A DNA stretch of 64,000 nucleotides from Eutreptiella sp. 'Long Island Sound 2002' (Eukaryota > Protista > Euglenida): contig OZ038379.1 in NCBI GenBank assembly GCA_964036045.1, forward strand, positions 13,578,001 through 13,642,000. The letters run 5' to 3'. The position numbers and the translations under genes are program-made. The number at the start of each line of letters is the position of its first letter. The stretch's first letter is position 1. The notes beneath the pieces are model-generated. The model was not told where the DNA came from, ran no database searches, and saw nothing but the letters and a program-made list of their open reading frames with translations. This document shows, piece after piece, positions 35,239 through 47,189 of this stretch.

Positions 35239-35665
35239 AAAAAGGTTTGCGGGGGAGGGGGGTCGTTCGAGCCCCCTGACCCCCCCCCCCCCCCGGGGGG
35301 GGGTTGGAAAAGGGGCTCCCGTGACAGAGCCTTTATAAAGTGGCAGTCTGAGGCCCAGTCCTGGCTCAGAAATGGGGCCGCAAAGTGGCCCGAACGAAAA
35401 TTTTTTTGGAAAAATTCCTCCATATGTACCTCAAAATGATCAGCGCGTCGCGGCGATCATTTTGAGGTATATATGTCGGGGTACCCCGGATCCCCCCCCC
35501 CCCCTCCCCACACACGAACACAAGAACAGTTGCAGTTTGAATGATGATTGCGCACACCCACCCTGTGGGCGCATCCGGGCCTTCTGTCACGGGAGCCATC
35601 CCCCCAGGGGGGGTGGGGTCCAGGAAATTGGGCATGAACGACCTCCCCCCCCTGCAAACCTTTTT
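35239..35665. mobile_element. MITE-like element with ~30-bp imperfect TIRs and an internal 13-bp-stem hairpin (35429-35467)
   Basis: AAAAAGGTTTGCGGGGGGAGGGGGGTCGTTC ... GAACGACCTCCCCCCCCTGCAAACCTTTTT; CCTCAAAATGATC/GATCATTTTGAGG. A related hairpin lies near 46210-46250. Confidence 0.55.
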
Positions 35666-37562
35666 TTACCCACCCCAACACACGGAAAAGGTATCGTTCA
35701 GCACACAGTGGTGGCAAGGGCAGTGGCACGAGTGGGGGCAACGCTTCCGTCAAGCATCCCCACCCACTCTGCCTGCTATCTCTCTCCACCTTCAAAGCAC
35801 TATCCGTCGCTAGGCAGAGCACCCAAGGGGGGGTGGCTCACCCTGTGTGGAATGGGGATCAAAGCCTCAAGCACATGGATTGGTGGGGGGATGCGCACCG
35901 CCAGCTCTTGAGGTTTTACTTGGGCCAGAATCCTCTCTCGCCCTCAGCCAGCCCACTACCTGAGCCGTCTTGTGTTCATAACACCACTAGACCCATCCCC
36001 AGGGCTGTGCTTGAGGGGGACGGAGGCTGAAGGGAGGGTTCAGGAGCGGTTGCAAGAGCGGTTAGTGGCGGCTGGAAAGCGGTTGCAGGGGCCGTGCTGG
36101 CGGTTTTAAAACGGTTGGAGGCCACGGGGGGCGGACAGAAGCGGTTGGGGCGGAAGTGACAGTCATCCTCTAAGTGAGGGGGGGGGGGGGGGTACAGCAT
36201 CCCCTTCGAGCGCAGGCCTGCCCATCACTCATGTCTTCACACATTCATCGCATTGTCCAGGTTCAGTAGCAACATGTGGAGCTTCACCCCCATTTGTTTG
36301 TGTTCCTCGATGCACCCTGAGATCATTGCTTGCTCTCGTGCACTTTCTCCCTTTTGCCCGCTCTTCCGATACCTCACTCCCTCGCTTCACGTTTTGTCAA
36401 ACGTGCGTCACAGATCGCCAAACACGTCTCACACATCGTCAACGCATTGCACAATGCTCAACGTGCTTCACACACCGTCACATTCACTTCATACATCGTC
36501 AAGCAAAAGCTTCATGCATCATCACACACACCTCGTACAACATCACACACGCTATTTCTGCCTTCGGGTCCAGGCGTACCAGGGCATTGGGGGCTCTTAC
36601 TGCGCGGTGTGTGTAAGAAAACAATAGAAGATTTGTTGCATTTTGGTTGTGAGCGATAATGATAGCTGTTTGCTGCTTATTGGTGTGAAACATGATACCC
36701 ACCACGTTTTTGGGGTGGAGCCCCTGCAAGACCCGGGGAATCGGGGGCCAAGCCTTTTGCAATGGCTACTTCCTCCGGAGTACCAATGGCATTTGTCACA
36801 TTAGCCATGGCATACCTCCTCCTATCGCGAGTGTGGACAATGGGTATAGGGGCCCAATTTTTTTTGTCAATACCACGTGCTTGCTAAGTACGGACAACGA
36901 CATGTATTCCCAAACTCGTGCGGTGCGCGTGGTGCGCATCACTGGAAAGCATTGGCCAGCAGGGTACCGAGCACTTTGACCGGGCCTGCTGATCTGAAGA
37001 CGGTCCTGTGTACGAGCACAAGGCCTACATCTGGCCCATCCTCGGGGTGGATTCCGGGCGCAGAAGTCCCTTCTTGCCCCATTGAGGTGCAGTAAATAGG
37101 GAGAACAACCGGAAACTGCGTGGTGCAGAGGAAGTTGTGCCTGGATATGAGCAATGCAGTCCCTCCCCCTCCTCCCCCCTAGAGCCGTAGGGCACTCCGC
37201 CATCGCAGAGGCGAGCAAGTGCAGCGTGATAGCGGTGATCAAAGGGTTGACGGAAGACAAGATCGCACCCCTGTACTGCCCTCCGCACTGAAGTTGACTA
37301 GACCCAGAAAGAAAGTGCTGGGTGCAGGTTGGGAAACAGGACAAGGAGGTCGAGAGTGGCCAGAGGCCTATTGACGCCGCCAGCTGCCAAGAGCAGCCAA
37401 ATTCCAAGGCTTCGTGCCACCCCACCCCCCCTGTCCCGGGTCACTAAGCTAGGGCCTATCCTGAACCCTGTTGTTCAATGGTCAGCCCCGTTGCACCATT
37501 CCTCTAGCCATCCTCCCAGGCCCCCACCCTCCCTTTTCTCGATGTCTCCTATGTACCAAAAG

Positions 37563-38495
37563 GACTGTGGGGCGAGTGGCAGCGGCAAGACCACCGTGAT
37601 CGCCAGCACCTCCGGCAACAAAGCCCTGGGCACGACGAATGTGCTCTTGAGTCTGAACATGTTCGCGAAACACAAACTGAGACTCAACACCCTCGGCCCC
37701 GTGGTTGCCGCGGCCGGAGCGCCGAGTGACGCCGATGCCCGGCCCCTGAGAGACTACCAGCGGGACATTGTGGCACGTTTGGTCCGCGAGGAGCCGCCGT
37801 TTGTGGTACAGATGGCGTCGGGTACGGGGAAGACGGAGGTGTTCCTGGCGTACATCCTGCGGAAGATTCAGGCGGATCCCTCCCTCAAGGTGCTCGTGCT
37901 GGTGCCGACCCAGGCACTGTGTGAGCAGACGTGCGAGCGGGCGAGGGTGGTCCAGCCGGGTCTGGGGGTGGACTATGTGCACACCGAGCACGCGGGCGGC
38001 GCGCACGCCCAGGTCCTGGTCATGACGTATTGTCAGCCGTGGAAAAACCTCCCTGGGGACCGGCAGCTGATCATCTACGACGAGGCCCACCACCTCTCCC
38101 CCAAGAGCAAGACCAACAAGGAGTGGTGGCACCTCTATGCCAAGCCCAAAGCGGACAAGGTCTGCTTCACGGCGACCCCCAACGCCACTATGCAGCCCCC
38201 GGCAGAGCGATTCGGCCGCGTTCTGCGGTACGAGACCCCCGACGGCCTCCTGCTCCCATTCACCATCGACCGGGGGATCGGCACCGTCACCGGCCCATGC
38301 CCCGTGCTGCAGGACTACAGGTTTGTGGTTGGGTCCTCCGGGTACCTGACGTTCGGGGACTTTGTTGGCCGGCAGGAGGTGGAGCTCCTGCGGGCATTCG
38401 TGCGGCGGGGGAAGAAGAGCATCCTGGCCAGGGTGCTCACCTGTGAGCTGGCGAACGACATTGCCAACCAACCGTATATCCGAAAGCTGTTTCAG
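37563..38495 (+). CDS. Exon 2: completes the second small domain, then SF2 (DEAH, ResIII-like) helicase ATPase domain 1
   Basis: Acceptor AAAAG|GAC, in frame with exon 33474-33773 (VDLTQ|DCGASGSGKTTVIASTSGN). Helicase motifs Q (LRDYQ), I (GTGKT), Ia (VLVPT), II (DEAH) and III (TAT). Donor CAG|GTGCCT. Confidence 0.85.
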
Positions 38496-39354
38496 GTGCC
38501 TCCCCACCCGAAGCCAGGGGTACGCTTACGCCCCCCCCACCCCCAGGGTTTACCTTAAGGGGGGGGGTGTCGAGAGGGGGGACCTAAACGCGGCGGAGAG
38601 TGGGCAGCAAAAACCGTAAAACGACCCCGTGGCAACCACCACAACCCCCAGTACGCCAACTACTTGGCTCCACTAATGCGGAAACGACACCAGCAAGAGC
38701 ACCGGCTGCAGCGGCCGGCAGAAAGCAGCGATCCGACGCAACATGCGAAGGGAAGAACGGGTGACTGTCCAGGGCCCCGGAAAGAAACTGCAACCCGACG
38801 GAATGTCACACAGGGGGCTGCCCAACCCGCCCTCCCCTTCGGAGCTGCGGTGAGTTTGATGACCTCTGGCAAGCCTCGCTAGCCTCAATGCCTACAGACC
38901 TGGTCCCCGGTGTGGTGGCCCGGCCCCAACCTTGTGTGCCGCATGTCTCAGACTGTGCCCTGCTGCCCTTGTGTTTCTGCCACCGTGGCATGTTGTGTGA
39001 CCTGCAGCGGCTGCCACTGGTGAGCGCAGATACTTCACTGACTGCATTGCGTAGGGCCTCAGCGCCCCCGGTCAGGACCATGAATTGATGTGGCCGTGTG
39101 TGTTTGTGCGGGTGAAAAACATTCAGGTACATGTGCGTGTGTTGGGCTTCACTGCGCCTGAGTCGCCCAGGGTCTGTCGTGGCCTGCAGCTTCGAGCTGT
39201 GGCTCTGGCCCCGAAACCCTGGAAATTGCTGTTTGCATGCTGGACAGTGGCCACACAGTGGCACTGGGGAATTTTCGAAATTTTGAATTTTCCCTGAAAC
39301 CCTGTATCGGCCCTGGGTTGGGTATGGGCCATCATTTGGTTACAACATAAGTAC

Positions 39355-39616
39355 CCCCCCCCCCCCCTTGTATAAGCTACGCCCTTGTCCAAGCTACAGT
39401 AGGCGTAGAGACTGTAATAATTGTGTACGTAATTTTAATTGCGTACGAAATGTAGTGTGGCCACATGAGACATGGGTTTGTCGTTTTGAAGTTGCCCGAG
39501 CCCAAACCAGCCCCTAAGCCTCAGCCAAAGGCATCTTCAAGTGGTGAGCATGTGCAATTGTTCCGCATGGTGTATGATCCCAAGAAGGGTTTCCAAGCTG
39601 AACATTTGTAGGCTTC
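39355..39616 (+). repeat. Dispersed repeat module: CTACGCC/GGCGTAG hairpin unit plus a KLPEPKP...GEHVQLFR-encoding unit
   Basis: Related copies near 50225-50350, 50980-51310, 51525-51680, 51825-51885, 57570-57660 and, on the minus strand, ~56905-56990. Confidence 0.75.
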
Positions 39617-40172
39617 GCCAGGACGTTTTTTAGCAGACAAGATTTTTTTTTTTTTTTTTAGTTAAAAAACGTGGTCTTGGCGTAGTAGAAAAACTTTGTC
39701 TCGTACGGTTCACTGTTTGTGCCTGGTGCACCCAGTGAGCTGACCTTTGCTATGCCCCCACCCTCTCCCCCATTTGCCTTTTCTTTCCTCACAGGTATGC
39801 TCCCCTGTGCACATCAATGTCCTCCGATTTTGCTGAGATTGCCAGATATGCTTTGTGTGCCTGCTTGCAGGGGGGGGGGGGGGATTGAGGTCCGCAATTT
39901 TTTGCAATTTTCTGCTTACGACATCGCAATCCCTGCGGTTGGTGTTGAGGCCGGGGGGGGGGGGGAATTGCACAGGGCTGGACTGTGGGAACTATTTGAA
40001 ATTTCTGTATGGCATTGAACGGTGACGATGGTACTGATGCTTGTAGCGCGCGCACTTTAGCTGCAGCATCCCAGAAAAACTGGATGCGTGTTTGCTTCCC
40101 TCTCTTTTCCTTTTTGCCTTGCCCCGCATTTCACCTCATTTCTGGTGCAGTGCATTTTCTTTGTTTATTTCT

Positions 40173-42824
40173 ATGGTGAAAACAAAGGCTACGACCAAAA
40201 GTCAAAAGGGGAAGCAAAAACGCATCGAGTTCGTCCGCGAAGTTGCAGCTGAAGTGAGCGCACTACAAGCTGCTGAACGCCGTCGGGCTGCGGACGAAAG
40301 GGCGCAGCTACGCAAAGGCCCGCGTGTCATCGTCAATTTGGACCCCGGAAATTCTCCTCCGCCTTCTGATTCCGACGAGGCAGAGCTGCTGGAGAATTTC
40401 CGTGCCGGGCAGGATCCATTTGCACTTGGAGCCGGCCGGTCACCGTTCAACGTCAGTCAATGGAGACAGGGAAAAGTGCCACTTTGGGCCGAGATGCCGT
40501 GGATTGTCCCCACTACATTGGGACTCATGTGCTTGATTTGTGCTGGGGTTACCGCTGTAAAAACCGGGTGCAAATGGTCTGAAGGTACAGCCTGTCCCTC
40601 AAAAATAAAGGGACAAGCTCAGCAGCATTGTAAGAATGCGAAGCACAACGAAGCAATGCAAGCTGCTCGTGACGTTTCCGCGTTACGCCATTTGCTGCCC
40701 ATCGACATTTTGTACCCGTGGGCCGAAATCAATGCAGCTGGTACCAAGTGTACGCTTTGTGAGGCTGCGCACGAACCGAAATATGGCCCCTGGAGGCTGG
40801 GGGAGGAACCCAGTGCATGGGTGTTGGGCAGGGGTTCAAAGCAGCGCGCGGATCTTGATGCTCATGAGCGTTCCCCTGCGCATCGAAAGGCGATGCCACA
40901 GCCTGTGGCACCCCCCCAGGCCAGCCCTGAACGGGCACCCCGCAAAATTCCGGCACCACTGGTGCGTGCAACGGTCAATACGTATGGCACCCTCAAGGCT
41001 GGCAAAGGGTACAGATTTTTCCGAGAGGTGGCACGTCTGGATCATGTAAAACACGGTGGTTGGGGAATGCAGACGTACCACAGCACTGCCACGTACGAGC
41101 GACTTCGTCGTATGATCATCCGCCAGGGGAAGAAGCGAACCAGGGCTGCAGTTCTACAGTATCCTGCTCTGGCTCTCATTTTGGATGCGGGGACGCGCCG
41201 ATCCGCAAAATCGGAACCCTTGGCAGTCCTCGTTCGAAATTTGGATGGTGAAGTCTTTGTGGGTGTCCTGGACATGGATTCTGAGGCTGCTGCAAGCTCA
41301 ACAGATTGTGACAGGGCTGATGCAGCTGCATATTTCAGATGTGTCCAGGACATTTTTGAAAAATTGGACATTCCCTGGGAACTGATTGAAAAACGCTTCG
41401 TGGCAGTGGTCTCAGATGGGGCCACAGTCATGGGTTCGTTTGTGGATCTGCTGAATATGAAACGGTCCACAGAAAACCGCATTGTCTGGGTCCGCGATGC
41501 AGCCCATTGCCTTATGCGTGCCATTGCCACTGCTAAAGGCGCTTGCAAGCAATGGTTCCAGGCATTGGATCAAACGGTTGCTTTCCTTGCAGTTTTTTAC
41601 CGCACTTCATCCAAAAGGATGAGGGGTTTGCAACGGCATGGTGCTGTCCACTGTTTTGAACGGCGCACAGGCGTTCGCTGGGTGGAATCCCTGGCCCGTG
41701 AATTGCACATAGTTCTGTGTAATTTGTCAGCCATCCAGTTGCACCTGCCTGAATATATTAAAGTGGAATCTGATGGGGAGCGCCGTCACAAGGCCGAAGA
41801 TCTCCTTGCGGCAGTGATGGCACCCCTATTTCAGGTGACCTGCGCTTTTTTCTGTGATGTTTTTGAGGTGGTTTGCGTGACCAGTAAACTGGCTCAGCGG
41901 AAATCGGACCTCAGAATCAATGTTGTACGTGGCATGGTTAAAGTACTTTGTACACAGCTTATTAGCATGCAAACGCATGTTGTTCCGGGGGGCTGGGAGG
42001 ATCAGCTTGCCTTTGACCCACAGTCCAGCCCTGTGCGCGGCTCCCGTCTCCATTTCCTTCGCGCTCTTGTAGCAGACCTTGAAAAGCGGTTTTCAGAGGG
42101 AGAGTGGGTCCAGGCAGAGGGTGTGGAAGAATGGGTGGAGGCATCTTCATGCTCCTGTGAGCGCATCTTCAGTTACGTGACAGCATGTGACCGTGGACAA
42201 ACAATGGAACGCATGTGTGAAACATTGTGGGTGCGTTGCAATGGTGTTGAAGTAGAAGACTGGTGTCCGACCGAGGTGTTTGACGAGTTGCGATTGACAC
42301 AGTTTCGACCAAGGATCCTCAAACAACCGTCCAAGTCACAGGTGCAGGTGGATGATGGTTCCCTGTTACTTTTTGAAGCTTATAAAGATCTTGAGGTTCA
42401 GTCAGTTTTGCCCATGGACCTGGATTTGGATGAAGAAATTAGACGTTTGTGGGCCGTCCCGCGTAGGGCAAGCAAGGGCAAAACAGCATGTACAGCCAGT
42501 GTACCGGAAATTCAGGCCATATATGGTGTTGAAGGGGATCCTGACTCTGACGTAGAGGAGGATATACCCGATTTCCCTGTGTGTCTTACCCCTGTGGAAC
42601 CTGTTGCAACCCCACCCATGCAACCTGAGCCTGTGAGGGTGTCAACGTATTTGAATTTTCAGTATGGTGTGGACAGTGCTGTCCGCAAGGCGATTGCGCA
42701 GCGTACCATCCATGAATGGACTGTCCAGGAATTGCGGTCTATTTGCCGTGGTCATGCGCTGAACGTGCGCGGGTGCAAGAGTGACCTTTTGCAGAGGGTC
42801 ATTGCACATTTCGGCAAGAAGTGA
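40173..42824 (+). CDS. hAT (ZNF862/ZMYM1-like) transposase, ~883 aa, with two C2H2-type Zn fingers and a C-terminal SAP domain
   Basis: Uninterrupted ORF with CxxC...HxxxxxH twice; LILD, SDGA, AAHCL, RW and SCERIFS motifs; terminal WTVQELRSICRGHALNVRGCKSDLLQRV fits the SAP pattern. Confidence 0.85.
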   Translation: MVKTKATTKSQKGKQKRIEFVREVAAEVSALQAAERRRAADERAQLRKGPRVIVNLDPGNSPPPSDSDEAELLENFRAGQDPFALGAGRSPFNVSQWRQGKVPLWAEMPWIVPTTLGLMCLICAGVTAVKTGCKWSEGTACPSKIKGQAQQHCKNAKHNEAMQAARDVSALRHLLPIDILYPWAEINAAGTKCTLCEAAHEPKYGPWRLGEEPSAWVLGRGSKQRADLDAHERSPAHRKAMPQPVAPPQASPERAPRKIPAPLVRATVNTYGTLKAGKGYRFFREVARLDHVKHGGWGMQTYHSTATYERLRRMIIRQGKKRTRAAVLQYPALALILDAGTRRSAKSEPLAVLVRNLDGEVFVGVLDMDSEAAASSTDCDRADAAAYFRCVQDIFEKLDIPWELIEKRFVAVVSDGATVMGSFVDLLNMKRSTENRIVWVRDAAHCLMRAIATAKGACKQWFQALDQTVAFLAVFYRTSSKRMRGLQRHGAVHCFERRTGVRWVESLARELHIVLCNLSAIQLHLPEYIKVESDGERRHKAEDLLAAVMAPLFQVTCAFFCDVFEVVCVTSKLAQRKSDLRINVVRGMVKVLCTQLISMQTHVVPGGWEDQLAFDPQSSPVRGSRLHFLRALVADLEKRFSEGEWVQAEGVEEWVEASSCSCERIFSYVTACDRGQTMERMCETLWVRCNGVEVEDWCPTEVFDELRLTQFRPRILKQPSKSQVQVDDGSLLLFEAYKDLEVQSVLPMDLDLDEEIRRLWAVPRRASKGKTACTASVPEIQAIYGVEGDPDSDVEEDIPDFPVCLTPVEPVATPPMQPEPVRVSTYLNFQYGVDSAVRKAIAQRTIHEWTVQELRSICRGHALNVRGCKSDLLQRVIAHFGKK

Positions 42825-42886
42825 CCACAGTGAATGGTTTATGTGAATCTGAGTTTCAATGCTTGCAGATTGCTTAGTACAGATTA

Positions 42887-43103
42887 CAGCAACCATCCAG
42901 AGGCTACCAGGAAACAACAGCAACCATCCAGAGGCCACCAGGAAATAACAGCAACCATCCAGAGGCCACCAGGAAATAACAGCAACCATCCAGAGGCCAC
43001 CAGGAAAGAACAGCAACCATCCAGAGGCCACCAGGAAAGAACAGCAACCATCCAGAGGCCACCAGGAAAGAACAGCAACCATCCAGAGGCCACCAAGAAA
43101 TAA
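42887..43103. repeat. Seven tandem copies of a 31-bp unit (CAGCAACCATCCAGAGGCCACCAGGAAAKAA) near the right end of the transposon
   Basis: Directly visible. Degenerate relatives at ~6132-6250, ~17878-17996 and ~63903-64000. Confidence 0.95.
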
Positions 43104-45171
43104 CAACTACAGTGCCCACTATGTAAAAATGGCTGGTAACCAGACGCTCCTGCTTTTTTTTTTTTTTCTCAATTAAAAAACGTCCTGGGCCCCAGGCGGC
43201 TGGGCGTGGGGGGAGAACACGTAGCCTTACAGCCGCGAGGTGCTGTCTCTGCACGGAGGGGTTGGCCAGGGGCGAGGAGGACAGAGGGTTTGGTTTGGGT
43301 GAGGTGAACTCCCCCCCCCCCCACCCCCGGACGCCCAGACCCATGGTCATCGCCCTGTGCGACTCGACTGGGTTGGGCGCTCCCGGCTGTCGCGGTCTCA
43401 AGGCGTGCTGGACTGCTGACAGCCCTCGAACCCCGCGGTGGCACACGCGGGAGGGAGATACCGCCGTGCCTGTGTGTGTGGCGTGTACGCTGCTGGGGTG
43501 CCTTTGGGTCTGGGGGCGGGGGGAGGCACGTGCGCATGGGGCGGTCTGTCGCCTGGTGCTTCAGGTGCAGGCAGGGAGGCAGTGGGCGCCTGACGCTAAG
43601 CCCGCCGGTGGAGTCATCGGCCTGGACACGCCTCCTCCAGGTCAACTGACATGCCGCTGGCCACCCCACAACTGCCTGGGGCACGGGGGCGGCTAAGCCT
43701 CACACTCGACTGGGGGCTGCCCGCACTCCTTGACTGCGTTGGCACAGGCGGTGCTGCTCAGGGCTGAGTGGCGTCCCACGGTGGATTGGCTGCGCGGTTG
43801 GAGGGCCCCCGGGGCACGCTTAGCGCTGCCCTGCCCCAGGGCCCGCCCGGGTTGTTCACCCGAGTGGCGGTGCTACTGTCCACGGAGGTGGGAGGGGGGC
43901 AGAGGGCACACCGCCCGAATGACCGCTCCCTTTAGGAGGAGGGGCGGGAGGGGGGGCCTTCAGTCCTCGGGGTGGGGTCAGCCACTCCTGGGCCTGGCAA
44001 GTCTTCTGATGAGTTCATTGCATGTAATGTGTATCAGGTATCGTTACTGCTCCCCAGCCCTCCCCTCACCACCTTTGCCATCACATGGAGGCCTCACGGG
44101 AGTTGTTTGTCAAAGCATGGGCTGTTGCAGTTGTGTGTGTTTTACTGCATATTTCCCTTGCAGACACCCCCCTTGTGCAGACTCTGGGGCGTATTCCCGT
44201 CGTTTCCCCTTAATCTTGTCCGTAGGGCAAGAGGTACTGTGCGGTGCCACGTCTTGTGCCCGTTTCCCGCCCTAATCATGGAGCCGGTCCCAATCTGTCA
44301 TCCAATTCCAAGGCTTCTTTGAACACCTCCACACTCTTTGGGTGTCGAGCATTGCTGTGCTTGTCTGGGCCAGTCTGGGCCAAACCAGAGGGTCCATCTC
44401 CCTCCCACCTCCAGCTCTGTGCTCAGACTTTAGGGTCCACAGACCCTCAGCCCGAGTGCAGAGGCATTGGCCACCGCCGTGGGGGGCCACCAGGCCCGGG
44501 CCCTTGACGCCGACCCCCCCCCCCCCCCAAAGTGGCACAGAAGTGCCGGCCGTCGGCGCGGGAAAGAACATTTTTTTGCTACGGGAGGGGGTCAAAATGG
44601 TTCCCCCCCCCCCCATATCTCTCTGGGACGTTACGTTTCATGCCAACACGGAGCGTTTTCGGGGGTCGGTGCCTTTGTTGCCTCATTTGTGCCCGCTGAG
44701 TGTCCCGGAGGTAGGGGTATGTGGGGTATATTCGGAAAGCCCTTGAAAAGGGCTATTTGGAACACCCTGGGTCTGCATGCTGTACTGACGAGATGTTAGA
44801 GATTTTCGTCCGTTTCGGTTCATGCACGAGCTGCTTGCTGCCTCCTTTTGTCAATAGGCAGCTACCATGTCTGCATACAAATTCACACAACGTGCTGTTG
44901 CCTCCCCCAATGCACCACAGAAACCTTTGGTGCGCAAAAGTCGTGCAAACACCGAAAAGTTTGGCCTCGATGCTCAAAAATATCGTCAGCTACCCCCCCC
45001 TAACCCATGCATTTCTGAAATGGCCTTTTCTCACAGATTTCAAAAAGTATACACATACCCCCCCTACGGACTGAAATTTTGGTGCTCTGGACGAAAAATG
45101 GAGAAAACCCTGAAAATACACGAATTTGCTCCGCGTTGGCATATTCTGAATGTCCCCGAGAGATATGTCTA

Positions 45172-45416
45172 GGGGGAGTATCAGACGCGGTGCGCGCGCG
45201 GTGCATGCGCGGTGCGGGTACTGGGGTTGTTCCGTAGACCCTTTCATCTAGAGCCAATCAGGGGGAATGGTAACGCCTCAGAGCCCAGCAGGTACCATCT
45301 ACAACTCCTCTCCCCGTAGACCATCTCCTGGAGAAGTTGTTCAAATACCTGACGCGGTGCGCGCACGGTGCGCGCGCGGTGCATGCGCGGTGCGCGCGCG
45401 GTGCGGATACTCCCCC
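45172..45416. mobile_element. 245-bp non-autonomous element with an 11-bp TIR and 3-bp TSD CTA (PIF/Harbinger-like)
   Basis: CTA|GGGGGAGTATC...GATACTCCCCC|CTA, with GCGCGGTGC runs at both ends. Confidence 0.75.
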
Positions 45417-46446
45417 CTAGACTCAAAATACTGACAATTTTATAGAGAATTCAATCATGGACGAAAATCTTGGGGAAAAAATTGACCCTCCCCCTCCCCA
45501 ACCTCTATCCAGGGTTCGGGCTGAGCAGGGTGGGTTCGAGCAGAGCGAGGTGAAAGGGACGCCACGGAGACACGGAACAGTCAAGAAATAAAAAAGCAGG
45601 GCGCCGTAGCGCCCCTGAGCCACAGGCACAACATGTTGTCACGTGTTGCACAGCCAAAGCACGACTGGGGCGGCGAGAGTGCGGCCCATGTGAGGAAGAC
45701 GAAAGCAAGTAGGCATGAATGTGTGGGCGGCATGCGCATGCAGCGTGGGGAGCAGACGTGGTATGCGCCACACGCACAACAGCAATGATTTGTTGAGTTG
45801 CCTGACAGACGGAGCGCATGCTGAAATACTGAGACGCCTTTGCGCCAACCAAGGCGCCATTGCGCCCCTAAGGATGGAGTATGACACGACCTCACGACCT
45901 GCGGGGCCAGGGTTAGAGACTAACCGGCACTGTGGGTGGGTGGTGGGTGCGAGCTGACCTCGATGTCCAGAGGAACAGTGCCAATGCACAGCCAGCAGCC
46001 ACCTGGTGTGGTACAGAACTGGTCTACGCTGCAGTGCAGCAAGCAATACACTGAACAATGTGGTTATGACCATGCGCCTGTGACACGGGGGCGTATGCGA
46101 GCCCAGTTTCCGTTGCCTCATGGCCAACCTCTATCCCCATCCCAGCGACTGGGGCCTCCATGTCAGCGGTGAAAAAATTTTTTGAACAATTTCTTACCCC
46201 AACATACATACCTCAAAATGATAAGCACAACGAGGCGGTCATTTTAAGCCATATATGTTGTGGTCCGGGAGCCCCCCCCCCCCCCCCCGGAAATGCACTA
46301 CACACACGCCACAGAACACGGGTTCGAACCCAGGTCCCGGTTGGCCTGCCGTGGAGCCGTCGCTTTTGTTTTTCTGGGAAGCTTGCCTAACAATGGGAGG
46401 GTGTAGGCTCTTACCTAAACGGGCCAAGAAACATTCGATAGCCGCT

Positions 46447-47147
46447 GAGGGTGCCTCGCGCGCGGTGCGGGTGCGCGGTGCGATTTTAGCCCGGTTGGCG
46501 TAGAATGGCGGTACCATGGAATGTTGCCCCAAAGCGGTCATAGGGGCCTGAGCATTGCATTTAGGTGCCCAATTGTTGTGTTTGTGTGGGGTCTAGCATG
46601 TTGGGGTCTCAGGTTGGGTAGCAGGCACCTTGTAGACTCGAAATTTTCGGTTTCGCCTCCTTTGCTTTCAACAGGACACATGGCAATGAATGCTGACTTG
46701 TTGCCGCCCGGTCATGGTGCATGCGGTGGTACATATTCAGCAGTTTGCGCTATCAGCCGTTTGGCCCTTGGAATCATTTCCCGGATGAAATTTTTGACCA
46801 GTCTGCGGTGGAACCTAACACAGATTCGTCAGAGAGTTCCTCAAGCTCTAGTGATGACTCAGGTGATGAGAATGGCACCTCATGCTCTGACGATCCTTGC
46901 GAGGACGACACATAGGTGTCCATATATATCGCCGTTCAGTGTATGAACACGAACGAATTCTGCGCATGACGGAAGACATTTGGTTGACAACACTCATTCT
47001 GTCGTTACCGTCTTCTGTGTAGATCCTTGTCACCGTTTTCTGTGGTGTTTGTGTGGCGTTGTTACCTGAAAAAGTGGTGCAATAATCCGACTCTTGATAG
47101 CGGGCTAAAGCGCGCGGTGCGGGCGCGCGGTGCCTTGAGGCACCCTC
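46447..47147. mobile_element. 701-bp non-autonomous element with an 11-bp TIR and 3-bp TSD GCT
   Basis: GCT|GAGGGTGCCTC...GAGGCACCCTC|GCT; inner TTTAGCCCG/CGGGCTAAA; GCGCGGTGC runs. Confidence 0.7.
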
Positions 47148-47189
47148 GCTGACTTCAGTGAGCTCAAGGCAACATTCGGCCCTCGTTTG

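Larger units (their letters stand above)
39618..43188 (+). mobile_element. hAT-superfamily-like DNA transposon with 15-bp TIRs and no recognisable TSD
   Basis: CCAGGACGTTTTTTA (39618-39632) and TAAAAAACGTCCTGG (43174-43188) bracket the transposase ORF and a subterminal repeat array. Confidence 0.8.

Noticed and set aside
37569-37600. GASGSGKT as a second Walker A motif
   Set aside because: It aligns with the G.S.SGKT segment of the small repeated domain once the 33773-37563 splice is made. The helicase P-loop is GTGKT further on.
43215-43510. Candidate C-terminal helicase exons (…VLSLHGG…, …MVIALCD…)
   Set aside because: No clear motif V/VI (EG.D, Q..GR..R), and the phases do not join cleanly to 38495.
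46721-46915. Acidic 64-aa ORF (and a similar acidic stretch on the minus strand at ~51300-51420)
   Set aside because: Low-complexity sequence inside repeat elements, with no recognisable domain.
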